From NCBI GenBank assembly GCA_030647105.1, contig JAUSJW010000003.1, positions 1 through 39,678 of the forward strand: a DNA stretch of 39,678 nt, written 5' to 3'. Origin of the DNA: Nanobdellota archaeon. Its GTDB lineage: Archaea > Nanobdellota > Nanobdellia > Woesearchaeales > WJIZ01. Positions 17,743 to 26,178 of the stretch are shown piece after piece. How positions within the stretch are numbered: position 1 is the stretch's first letter; every line of letters starts with the position of its first letter. Both the position numbers and the translations under genes were made by a program. The notes beneath the pieces were generated by a model. It did not search any database. It was not told where the DNA came from and worked only from the letters and a program-made list of their open reading frames with translations.

Positions 17743-19497
17743 TCAGGCAGTATAATAATACTTCTTGCTCGATTTCTGCTCCCGATCCAGAACCGACCCT
17801 TCTTTGTTGATGCGCGGCCTTCCGGAATCAGGGTCCCGCCTGAATGTCAAAGCGAGTTCAGTCAGGAATCTGGTCATGCCTTCGCCCATCGGGAACGGCC
17901 CCGTCGCCATCCCGAAGATTGCGGGCTGGCCCTCGAACACCATGAGTTTCTCGCTCAAATAGTCAAGGAAGAGCAGGTCGTGGTCGACCACCATGCAGCT
18001 CTTGCCCCGCAGGTCCATGAAGTCGCGAATCAGTTTCGAGACAATCAGTCTCTGCTCGACGTCAAGGTACGCCGAAGGCTCGTCTAACAGATAAACATCA
18101 GCCTCTTTCGCAAGGCAAATCGCGATGGCTACGCGCTGCAATTCCCCGCCAGAAAGCTCGTTGATTTTGCGCGTAAAAAGAAACGTCAGGCCAAGGGGCT
18201 CTACGACTTGTGTATTATGCTTCGCGATGGCGTCCTGCAGCACGTTCTCCACGAGCTCATCAGAGGAGCTATCCAGATACTGCGGTTTGTAGCTGACCTT
18301 AATGGACGTATCAATCTCTCCCGCGTCTGGCTTGTCCACTCCCGCGAGAATCTTCACAAAACTTGTTTTTCCCGTCCCGTTCTCGCCCAGGATTCCAATG
18401 ATGTCCTTGCGGTGAATGCTCCCAAAAGCGGACTCGAGCGAGAACCTTCCAAGCTTCTTTTTGATTCCTGTCCAGCTCACCTGCACCGTACTTTCACCGC
18501 GCCGCGCCTCAGCTCGCTCCTTGAACGTGATGGCCTTGTCGCGGAAGCGCATATTCTCATCCCGCAAAAACCCGGACAGGTAAATGTTGATGCCGTTGCG
18601 CGTGCTCTTTATCTTGGAGCAGATGCCGTACACCCCTTCTTTGCCATAGAGCAGGTAAATCATCTCAGTCATGTAGTCCAGAATAATCAAGTCGTGCTCG
18701 ACCACCATGACAGCGGTCTTTTCGTCCGCGAGGTCCCGGATGAACCTGCTCACGTTCAGGCGCTGCTTGATGTCGAGGTAGCTCGAAGGCTCGTCGAAGA
18801 AGTACACGTCAGCCTTTCTGAGCACCGTCGCGGCGATAGCCACCCGTTGCAATTCTCCGCCGGAAACCTTGGAAACGTCGTTGTCAAGCACATGCTCCAA
18901 ATCGAGAATCTTCACAATCTGCGCGAACTGCCCCTTCTCGTCCACACGTTCAAGCAGCTGCCGAACAGTTCCTTTCGTCGCTTTCGGAATCAAATCGACT
19001 TGCTGAGGTTTGTAGCTTACCCGAATCGTCTTGTTCTTGAGCCGCTCAAGGTAATCTTGGGCCTCGCTGCCCTTGAAATAAGAAATCAAGTCGTCATAAG
19101 TAGCTTCGGTCGTTCCGCCTAAATTCGGCATGAACTGCCCAGAAAGAATTTTTAGGGCAGTCGACTTTCCAATGCCATTCCGACCGAGAATGCCTACTAC
19201 TTTTCCGAAGAGCGGCACGGGGAGGTTATACAGATGGAACCCGTTCTGCCCGTAGCGGTGGATGGGCTTGGAAGCGAGCTCGTCCGGCAGGTTGATGATG
19301 TGGATGCTGCCTGGAGTCGAGCGGTTGACGCAGATGCCGCAGCCGATGCACATCTTTTCGTCGATATTGATTTTCTTGTCTAGGGGAGAAATAGTAATGC
19401 ACGGCTCTCCCTTCCGGTTCACCGGGCAGAGATTGACCATTAACTCGGACTCGTAGGGGTTGAAAAGGTCCCGGTTCACGACAGCGATTCTGGGCAT
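17743..19497 (-). CDS. rli: Ribosome recycling ATPase ABCE1/RLI with a degenerate FeS domain
   Basis: MPRIAVV start (19497), CIGCGIC, two NBDs (GRNGIGKS, GENGTGKT, SGGELQR), TFRRD..GRPRINK. Confidence 0.96.
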   Translation of the reverse strand: MPRIAVVNRDLFNPYESELMVNLCPVNRKGEPCITISPLDKKINIDEKMCIGCGICVNRSTPGSIHIINLPDELASKPIHRYGQNGFHLYNLPVPLFGKVVGILGRNGIGKSTALKILSGQFMPNLGGTTEATYDDLISYFKGSEAQDYLERLKNKTIRVSYKPQQVDLIPKATKGTVRQLLERVDEKGQFAQIVKILDLEHVLDNDVSKVSGGELQRVAIAATVLRKADVYFFDEPSSYLDIKQRLNVSRFIRDLADEKTAVMVVEHDLIILDYMTEMIYLLYGKEGVYGICSKIKSTRNGINIYLSGFLRDENMRFRDKAITFKERAEARRGESTVQVSWTGIKKKLGRFSLESAFGSIHRKDIIGILGENGTGKTSFVKILAGVDKPDAGEIDTSIKVSYKPQYLDSSSDELVENVLQDAIAKHNTQVVEPLGLTFLFTRKINELSGGELQRVAIAICLAKEADVYLLDEPSAYLDVEQRLIVSKLIRDFMDLRGKSCMVVDHDLLFLDYLSEKLMVFEGQPAIFGMATGPFPMGEGMTRFLTELALTFRRDPDSGRPRINKEGSVLDREQKSSKKYYYTA

Positions 19498-19626
19498 AGC
19501 TCTCACTAATTTTATTTTGTTTTTAAAGGTTGGTATCGTATTGTGTACACTACTAAAAACAAGAATCTTCCACAATAAGACGTGTTTTCATAAGAAAAAG
19601 GAGCCGTTCTCCTTATTTAATTCTTT

Positions 19627-19883
19627 TCTAATGGGCGACACTAGTTTCGCATATATAGTGCGAGGCATAAATAATTGAGCAATGCTGCCCCGCGCTATAT
19701 ACGGAGGAAGCAACAATTCCAATCAGTTATTTGCTTCCGACAGTATCCTTCCGCCCATTAGATTTGGAGGACAAACCAAATGTCTATACCCTACTTTTGT
19801 CCTCCATTTTTCCTAAGGAGCCACGAGAGGCAGGGGCCAAGGATGAAGGTCTTTTGTTATAGCAACCTTTCTTCATCATTTGG
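19627..19883 (+). ncRNA. Candidate multi-stem structured RNA (~260 nt)
   Basis: Five stems of 7-11 bp in an intergenic region; G-U pairs work only on the + strand (see findings). Confidence 0.45.
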
Positions 19884-19933
19884 TTGTTATTCTCTACCTC
19901 ACGCTTATATCTCGGGTTACCTTTGCAATAAGC

Positions 19934-20362
19934 ATGGATGAAAAAAGCGCGATTAAAAAAGACGTTCCAGCAGGAGTAAAAACCGTCTCGGTGATGTACT
20001 TTATCCTTGGAGCCTTCGGGCTTATCCCTCTTGGTGTAGTTTTACTAATCGGCGCCTTTGTGAACTCTATGGTTAGCGCTTCGTTTATTCTGGTAGCAAT
20101 TATCTTCTTAGTTTTAGTTGTCCTAGATATCTCTGTGGGTGTAGGCTTATGGAAGGGAAAACCGTGGGCTAGAACTACCGCATTAACCTTCTCGGGGTTA
20201 GGGCTTATTGGAATGATTATCGGAATAGTCCAAATGATTCAAGGAAACAATGCCTTCGCGTTAATGCCGAGCAAGATATCCTTCTTTGCGAGTTCCTCGC
20301 TCCTTATTATAAGCGGATTGTATCTGCTCCTGAATAAAAACGTGAAGAAAGCGTTTGCTTAA
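19934..20362 (+). CDS. Small four-TM membrane protein
   Basis: Four hydrophobic segments and a GLWKGKPWART motif. Start moved to the ATG at 19934 (MDEKS). Confidence 0.75.
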   Translation: MDEKSAIKKDVPAGVKTVSVMYFILGAFGLIPLGVVLLIGAFVNSMVSASFILVAIIFLVLVVLDISVGVGLWKGKPWARTTALTFSGLGLIGMIIGIVQMIQGNNAFALMPSKISFFASSSLLIISGLYLLLNKNVKKAFA

Positions 20363-20374
20363 TGAATTGCTTTT

Positions 20375-21358
20375 TTAGCCCACAACATATTGCGGTGCAG
20401 GTACGGGAGTTCCATTAGATACAAAATGGCGTTCTAATTCCTGTTTAGCAATCGCGGTAAACTGGGCGTCAAGCTTGTTTCTGCAAATCATATTGGCCGC
20501 GATATTTCCGAAATCTACCATAGTATACCCCAACCTCAACGCAAGGCGCAGAGTCGTTTGGTAATCGACGACCTGTGAGGGTATGCCTAAATTATGACGT
20601 ATTTTCGCGGCGATAGCAGAGCTATATTCTACAACATCCGCATCGGTAAATGTCCATGCCGCCGCGGGGTCAAAGTCCAAGTTCATAGCGCTTGCGTATT
20701 CTCGCTGTGCGGCCGCATCCAGCTCACCGAGCCGGGTCCAGGTATTATAGAGCACTCCGCCTCGTTTGTTGAGCCTAACTGCCCTATCAATGGGCGTCTC
20801 TGGATGGAAATACGGGTCATGTGTTAGCACAGAAATATCAATGTCTGTCACAATGGTTCCGAGATCTAGCAGAACAAGGTCTCCGGTTGCCGTGCAGCCA
20901 TGGTTCTCTATCTTGTTGTCGTAGGCGTATGCGCCCCGTTGAAGAATCTGAATGGAGGTTTCAGCTAGGCCCATTGCCAATAAGACAACATCCTCAATGT
21001 TTTCAGCCTCTTTAAGCTGAGCAAAGCGGACATTCAGGGGGACTTCTTTTTCTTGGACAACTGCTGTTTTGCCATGTACTCGGTTGCCTTGGTATCTTAG
21101 GGAAATATCGGACACCAGTGATGTTGGCGGGACGAGGCCCCCTAGCCGTTCCATGGCGGTATGATATCCTTTTACCGTCAAATCCTCTTCGATAGCTCCC
21201 CCCTTTAGAACCTTCACCACAAACGGAAGAGGGGGTTTTACATAGACATTAGTCTGAAATCCAGAAGTGTCTACATCGCGATTCTTGAAATTAGTACCCT
21301 GAAGCAACCACACCAATGCATCTCTGGAAATGGGAAACTCTTCCGCACGTGGTGTCAT
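20375..21358 (-). CDS. Atypical protein-kinase-like fold protein
   Basis: VVKVLK (beta3 Lys), VVQEK hinge, YDNKIEN (D-x-K-x-x-N catalytic loop), LLDLG (DFG-like). Confidence 0.65.
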   Translation of the reverse strand: MTPRAEEFPISRDALVWLLQGTNFKNRDVDTSGFQTNVYVKPPLPFVVKVLKGGAIEEDLTVKGYHTAMERLGGLVPPTSLVSDISLRYQGNRVHGKTAVVQEKEVPLNVRFAQLKEAENIEDVVLLAMGLAETSIQILQRGAYAYDNKIENHGCTATGDLVLLDLGTIVTDIDISVLTHDPYFHPETPIDRAVRLNKRGGVLYNTWTRLGELDAAAQREYASAMNLDFDPAAAWTFTDADVVEYSSAIAAKIRHNLGIPSQVVDYQTTLRLALRLGYTMVDFGNIAANMICRNKLDAQFTAIAKQELERHFVSNGTPVPAPQYVVG

Positions 21359-21394
21359 GACAGACGGGAGCCTTTTTTAATTTAAGAAACTTAC

Positions 21395-22390
21395 CTATTC
21401 CCACTTCAGCGATCCGCCTGTCTGGTATTCAGTCACCCGCGTCTCAAAGAAGTTCTTCTCCTTCGACAAATCAACGCTCTGCGACATCCAGGGGAACGGA
21501 TTTTCAGTCCCATACTGCTTGGGCAGCCCAATGCGCTCAAACCGCCTGTCAGCGATGTACTCGACATAATCAATGAACTGCTGAGCGTTAATCCCGAGGA
21601 GTCCTTCCGGGCAGGCGTCAATCGCGTACTTCTTCTCAAGTTCAACGCTCTTCTTAATCAGCGAAATCAATTCCTTCTGGAACGCAGGAGTCCAAATCTC
21701 CTCGTTCTCAGCCTTAATCGTGTTAATCAAGTCGCAGCCGAAAGCTAAATGCAGGCTTTCATCGCGCATGATGTACTCAAACTGCTCGCCGATGCCGACC
21801 ATCTTGTTCATGCGTTTCAAAGCGAGCATCATCGCGAAACCGGCGTAAAAATAAATGCCCTCCATAATCACATAAAAGCCCACCAAATCGTGCACGAACT
21901 TGCGGATGTTCTCCATCCCGTCTGTCGTGAACGTGGGGTCAAAGACGCTCTTTGTCAAATCAACGACATAGTCATCCTTGTCCTTGATAGCTGGAACCTT
22001 CATGTACATCGTATAAATCTCATCCGGATCCAAACCAAGCGTATCACAGCAATAAATGAACGTGTCCGTGTGCACCGCTTCCTCGTACGCCTGTCTTAAC
22101 AAATACTGCCTGCATTCAGGATTCGTGACGTGCGAATACACCGCCAATACAATATTATTCGCCGTCAAACTCTCAGCCGTGGAAAAGAACCCGAGATTAT
22201 ACAAAATCATCCGCTTCTCGGCAGGAGTCAGCACCTTGTCGCTCTTCCACTGCTCGACATCTTTCTGCATGCCCACTTCTTCAGGCGTCCAGTTATTAGC
22301 GACGCCCGACTTGTAATGCTCTCTCGCCCACAAATATTTCATAGGCAGAATCTTGTTCGGATCGGTCTTGGGGCTGTTGATGATTCCCAT
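21395..22390 (-). CDS. nrdB: Ribonucleotide reductase beta subunit, class Ic (R2c, Mn/Fe type)
   Basis: FFSTAES (Glu as first ligand), EEAVHTDTF (Phe at the radical-Tyr position), EGIYFYAGF, RDESLH, NFFETRVTEY. Confidence 0.95.
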   Translation of the reverse strand: MGIINSPKTDPNKILPMKYLWAREHYKSGVANNWTPEEVGMQKDVEQWKSDKVLTPAEKRMILYNLGFFSTAESLTANNIVLAVYSHVTNPECRQYLLRQAYEEAVHTDTFIYCCDTLGLDPDEIYTMYMKVPAIKDKDDYVVDLTKSVFDPTFTTDGMENIRKFVHDLVGFYVIMEGIYFYAGFAMMLALKRMNKMVGIGEQFEYIMRDESLHLAFGCDLINTIKAENEEIWTPAFQKELISLIKKSVELEKKYAIDACPEGLLGINAQQFIDYVEYIADRRFERIGLPKQYGTENPFPWMSQSVDLSKEKNFFETRVTEYQTGGSLKWE

Positions 22391-25155
22391 TACTGGCAGG
22401 CCTCGCAGAGCGCGTCGCTGGCGATGATGACTTTGGGTTTCGGAGCAATCTCTTCTTTGGGCTCCTCCGCCGCTTTGTATTCTCTTTTTTGCGTAAATCC
22501 GTATTTGCCCGCGTCCAGCGTGCTCTTCTCAATCTGGCTGGCAGCAAGAGTCCTGAGGTAGTACGTCGTCTTCAGGCCGCATCTCCACGCCATGAAATAC
22601 ACATCGTTGAGCTTCTTTCCCGACGTGCCTTCAAGGAAGATGTTGTGGCTCTGGCTCTGGTCAATCCACTTCGCGCGAGCCGCTGTCAATCGAATCAGCC
22701 ATTCCGCGTCAATCTCAAAGGCTTCTTTGTATTTGTCCTTGAGCTTTTGCGGGATGCCGGCAATCAATTTTAAGTTTCCGTCATAATACTTGAGCTGCTC
22801 GAGCATCTCGTCGTTCCAGAGCCCCAATTTTCGCAAGTCCTCGATAAGATACTTGTTCACAAGGGTGAACTCGCCAGAGATGTTGCTCTTGACGTAGATA
22901 TTCTTGTAGATGGGTTCGATGCACGGGAAGCAGCCCGAAATGTTCGAAATCGTGGCTGTCGGCGCGATGGCCATGCAATTGCTGTTGCGCATGCCGTGCG
23001 TTTTGACATGTTCTCTTAAGGGAGTCCAGTCCATGCTCATCTCCTTCGAGACATCGAGAGGCAACCCTCTCTCCGCTTCCAGCAGCGCCAAGGTATCGTA
23101 AGGGAAAATTCCGCGGTCCCACTTCGAGCCTTTGTAGCTCTGGTAAGTGCCCTTCTCCTTGGCGAGCCGCGAACTAGCTAAAATGGTGTGATAAGAGATG
23201 AACTCCATCAGCTGGTCGGAAAACGTCAAAGCGTCCTGCGATTCGAACGAGATGTCGAGCTTGAACAGAGCGTCCTGGAATCCCATGATACCAAGGCCGA
23301 CAGGCCGGTGCCTCATGTTCGAGGTCTGCGCCTCTACCGTGGGATAATAGTTGAGGTCAACCACGTTGTCGAGCATTCGCATCGCGACAGCCACGGTGTC
23401 AGAGAGCAATTCCGTGTTGAGCTTGCCGTCCGTGACGTGCCTCTCCAAATTGATGGAGCCCAGGTTGCACACCGCGGTCTCGTCTTTTGACGTGTTCAGC
23501 GTAATCTCCGTGCACAGGTTTGAGCTGTGAATGACTCCCACGTGATCCTGCGGCGAGCGGATGTTGCACGGGTCCTTGAACGTAATCCAGGGATGGCCGG
23601 TCTCAAAGAGCATGGTGAGCATCTTCTTCCACATCTTCGCCGCCTCGACGACCTTGAACTTCTTGATTTCCCCGCGCATCGCCATCGCTTCGTAGTGCGC
23701 GTACCTTTCCTCGAACTTCTTCCCATAGCTATCGTGCAAATCTTTCACTTCGTTTGGAGAGAAGAGCGTCCACTTCCCATTCTCGGACACGCGCTTCATG
23801 AAAAGGTCAGGCACCCAGTTCGCCGTGTTCATGTCGTGCGTTCTGCGCCTTTCATCGCCGGTATTCTTCCTCAAATCCAGGAAATCCTCGATGTCGAGGT
23901 GCCACGTCTCCAAATACGCGCAGGTAGCCCCTCTCCTTTTGCCAGATCTGTTGATTGCGACAGTGACATCGTTCGCGATTTTGAGGAAGGGAATAACGCC
24001 CTGGCTTTCAACATTCGTACTTTTAATATACGCACCCGTCGCGCGAATAGGCGTCCAGTCGTTTCCAAGCCCGCCGGACCATTTCGAAAGCTGCGCGTGG
24101 TCGCCGAGCGACTTGAAGATATGTGTCAGGTCGTCAAGCACCGTTGTCAGGTAGCAGGAGCTCAATTGGGGATGCATCAGACCCGAATGGAACAGCGTGG
24201 GGGTCGAGGACACAAAGCGCAAAGTCGAAAGCACTCCATAAAACTCGGCGGCTTTCTCCTCTTTGTTTTGCTCCTGGAGCGCGAGGCCCATGGCGACGCG
24301 CATCCAAAACGCCTGCGGAAGCTCGATATGCTTGTCTTCGAGCTTGATGAAGTAGCGCTCGTAGAGGGTCTGAACGCCGATGTACTCGAAGAGGTCGTCC
24401 CGCTCCGTGCGTAGGCCCTCTGAAAGCTTGCGCAAATCGAAATCAAGCATCTTGGGATCCATTAGGCCCGACTGCACGGCTTTCTTGATGCCGCTGATAA
24501 AGGCGTCCCGGTAGGCGATGTCCAATAATTCAGGTGAGATGCTCCTGCCGATGACCTCTTTATAGATACGCTGCTGGTAGAGCCTTGCCGCGACCTTGCT
24601 GTAGGAAGGGTCTTTCTCGATAAATGGCACGGTCGCGAAGATGAGCGCTTTCTCTATCTCCTCGGTCGTGACTCCGTCATAGATGTTCTTGATGAGCTCC
24701 CTGGAGATAAGGCCCGGGTCGATGCTCTTCTCATACCCCTGGCTGACGCGCTCAATCGTGTGCCTGACCTTATGGAGGTCAAAGAGCACGGTTCTCCCGT
24801 CTCGCTTTCTGACCGTGAGCCTGCCCAGCTTCGCCTTCTCGACCATGCGCTCCTTCTGCTCCTCGCGCATGCGCTGGCGGTCCGCGCGGTAGATGATGTA
24901 GGCCTTCGCGATTTCGTAGAGGCCGTTCTTGACCAGGTGCTTTTCGACAATGTCCTGGACGTTCTCGACATTGGGATGGAAGTCTACAAACCGGTTGGAA
25001 ATCTCATCGGTGATGGCGTTCACCATCTGTTCGACACGCTCTTCAGGCACCGGCTCGCCAACAGCCTTGGTGGCTTTCCTGATGGCGTTGCGGATGCGCT
25101 CCGTGTCGAAGTTCACAACTTCCCCTGTCCGTTTGACGACTTTCAATTCTGGCAT
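22390..25155 (-). CDS. nrdA: Ribonucleotide reductase alpha subunit with two ATP cones
   Basis: ATP cones VVKRTG.. and VRKRDG.., SSCYL, SNLCTEI, VCNLGS, TTYYLRT, C-terminal CEAC. 1-nt overlap with nrdB. Confidence 0.97.
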   Translation of the reverse strand: MPELKVVKRTGEVVNFDTERIRNAIRKATKAVGEPVPEERVEQMVNAITDEISNRFVDFHPNVENVQDIVEKHLVKNGLYEIAKAYIIYRADRQRMREEQKERMVEKAKLGRLTVRKRDGRTVLFDLHKVRHTIERVSQGYEKSIDPGLISRELIKNIYDGVTTEEIEKALIFATVPFIEKDPSYSKVAARLYQQRIYKEVIGRSISPELLDIAYRDAFISGIKKAVQSGLMDPKMLDFDLRKLSEGLRTERDDLFEYIGVQTLYERYFIKLEDKHIELPQAFWMRVAMGLALQEQNKEEKAAEFYGVLSTLRFVSSTPTLFHSGLMHPQLSSCYLTTVLDDLTHIFKSLGDHAQLSKWSGGLGNDWTPIRATGAYIKSTNVESQGVIPFLKIANDVTVAINRSGKRRGATCAYLETWHLDIEDFLDLRKNTGDERRRTHDMNTANWVPDLFMKRVSENGKWTLFSPNEVKDLHDSYGKKFEERYAHYEAMAMRGEIKKFKVVEAAKMWKKMLTMLFETGHPWITFKDPCNIRSPQDHVGVIHSSNLCTEITLNTSKDETAVCNLGSINLERHVTDGKLNTELLSDTVAVAMRMLDNVVDLNYYPTVEAQTSNMRHRPVGLGIMGFQDALFKLDISFESQDALTFSDQLMEFISYHTILASSRLAKEKGTYQSYKGSKWDRGIFPYDTLALLEAERGLPLDVSKEMSMDWTPLREHVKTHGMRNSNCMAIAPTATISNISGCFPCIEPIYKNIYVKSNISGEFTLVNKYLIEDLRKLGLWNDEMLEQLKYYDGNLKLIAGIPQKLKDKYKEAFEIDAEWLIRLTAARAKWIDQSQSHNIFLEGTSGKKLNDVYFMAWRCGLKTTYYLRTLAASQIEKSTLDAGKYGFTQKREYKAAEEPKEEIAPKPKVIIASDALCEACQ

Positions 25156-25167
25156 GCGTTTCCCTCT

Positions 25168-25614
25168 TTAGGTTCTCAACAACACTTTCAGTTCCTTCCT
25201 GAACTGTTCCACGTCTTCGAATTCGCGGTACACCGCGGCGAACCGGATATAAGCAATTTTATCCAGCTGTTTGAGCTTTGACATCACCAGCTCTCCAATG
25301 GCGCGGCTCGTAATTTCACGATTGTCCTTCTGCTTCAAATCAAGCTCGATTTGGTCGGCCATGCGCTCAATCTCAATAGTCTTGATGGGTCGCTTCTGGC
25401 ACGGCAAAAGGATGCTCTTGATGAGTTTGCCGCGGTCAAAGGACTCCCTTCTCCCGTCCTTCTTGATAACGACCAAGTCATCGATTTCAGCCTGCTCATA
25501 CGTAGTATAGCGCTTCTCGCACTTGAGGCACTCACGGCGCCGACGAACCGAACTTTCAGACTCGCGGCTGTCCACAACTTTGGTCTCAGGGTGCTGGCAG
25601 TAGGGGCATTGCAT
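25168..25614 (-). CDS. nrdR: Transcriptional repressor NrdR
   Basis: MQCPYC..TKVVDSR..RRRRECLKCEKRYTTYE zinc ribbon, ATP cone, AYIRFAAVYREF. Start moved to 25614. Confidence 0.96.
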   Translation of the reverse strand: MQCPYCQHPETKVVDSRESESSVRRRRECLKCEKRYTTYEQAEIDDLVVIKKDGRRESFDRGKLIKSILLPCQKRPIKTIEIERMADQIELDLKQKDNREITSRAIGELVMSKLKQLDKIAYIRFAAVYREFEDVEQFRKELKVLLRT

Positions 25615-25615
25615 G

Positions 25616-25662
25616 GTTCTAGATATAGTGCCCGATTTGTCGACGGACACTACCTCTTGTTC
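25616..25662. promoter_or_regulatory. Tandem NrdR boxes (pair 1)
   Basis: GCACTATATCTAGAAC (minus, 25616-25631) and ACACTACCTCTTGTTC (plus, 25647-25662), 31 bp apart. Both resemble the acaCwAtATaTwGtg consensus. Confidence 0.85.
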
Positions 25663-25670
25663 AGTTTTCA

Positions 25671-25683
25671 GTATTTAAGGCTT
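25671..25683 (-). promoter_or_regulatory. Putative BRE/TATA promoter of the nrdR-nrdA-nrdB operon
   Basis: Minus strand reads AAGCCTTAAATAC, between the two NrdR box pairs. Confidence 0.55.
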
Positions 25684-25703
25684 TCGTTATTTACGGAACA
25701 AAC

Positions 25704-25750
25704 ACACCATAGGTTGGGGCTTATCGGAAATCCGACCCAACATCTTGTCT
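25704..25750. promoter_or_regulatory. Tandem NrdR boxes (pair 2)
   Basis: ACACCATAGGTTGGGG (25704-25719) and ACCCAACATCTTGTCT (25735-25750), 31 bp apart. Confidence 0.75.
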
Positions 25751-25917
25751 TTTTACGGCTCAAGTTGGTTTATATACTTTGTGGCACTCCAATAGTTATA
25801 TCGGAGCTAGTGAAAACATCTTTTTTCGGGCGTTTTAGCACGACAGTGGCAGGTTCTGAGCAACTAGGGAGTGAAAAAATCCGCCACAATCTCATACCAA
25901 AACTGGGTGAATTTTAA

Positions 25918-25941
25918 ACTTCAAAACCCCACTTTTGAAGT
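25918..25941. repeat. 9-bp inverted repeat upstream of a TATA box
   Basis: ACTTCAAAA-CCCCAC-TTTTGAAGT, followed by TTTTTATA. Confidence 0.55.
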
Positions 25942-25978
25942 GATACTTTTTTATACTAAACCGCATTCAAAACCCCAG

Positions 25979-26134
25979 ATGAAATGCGACCTTTGTTCCT
26001 CCAAGATTCAAGAGACCTTCCTGAACAAGATGCTGGGCACCCAAATCAAGGTGAGCGGCAAGAAGAAGCTCGTGTGCTTCGAATGCCAGAAGAAGTTCCC
26101 GACAAAAGAAGCGCTTGTGAAACAGTTGTCGTAA
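25979..26134 (+). CDS. Small zinc-finger protein (51 aa)
   Basis: MKCDLC...VCFECQ (two CxxC). ATG at 25979 lies ~25 nt after the TATA box. Confidence 0.8.
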   Translation: MKCDLCSSKIQETFLNKMLGTQIKVSGKKKLVCFECQKKFPTKEALVKQLS

Positions 26135-26178
26135 CGTATCTGTATTATTTATATATCAAAACGTATTCGTAAACCTCT

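Noticed and set aside
19682-19840. 44-codon ORF (19682-19816) and a faint cobalamin-riboswitch resemblance (GCTGCCCCGC, GAGCCA)
   Set aside because: The peptide has no recognisable features, and the core B12-box and GGGAA elements could not be placed.
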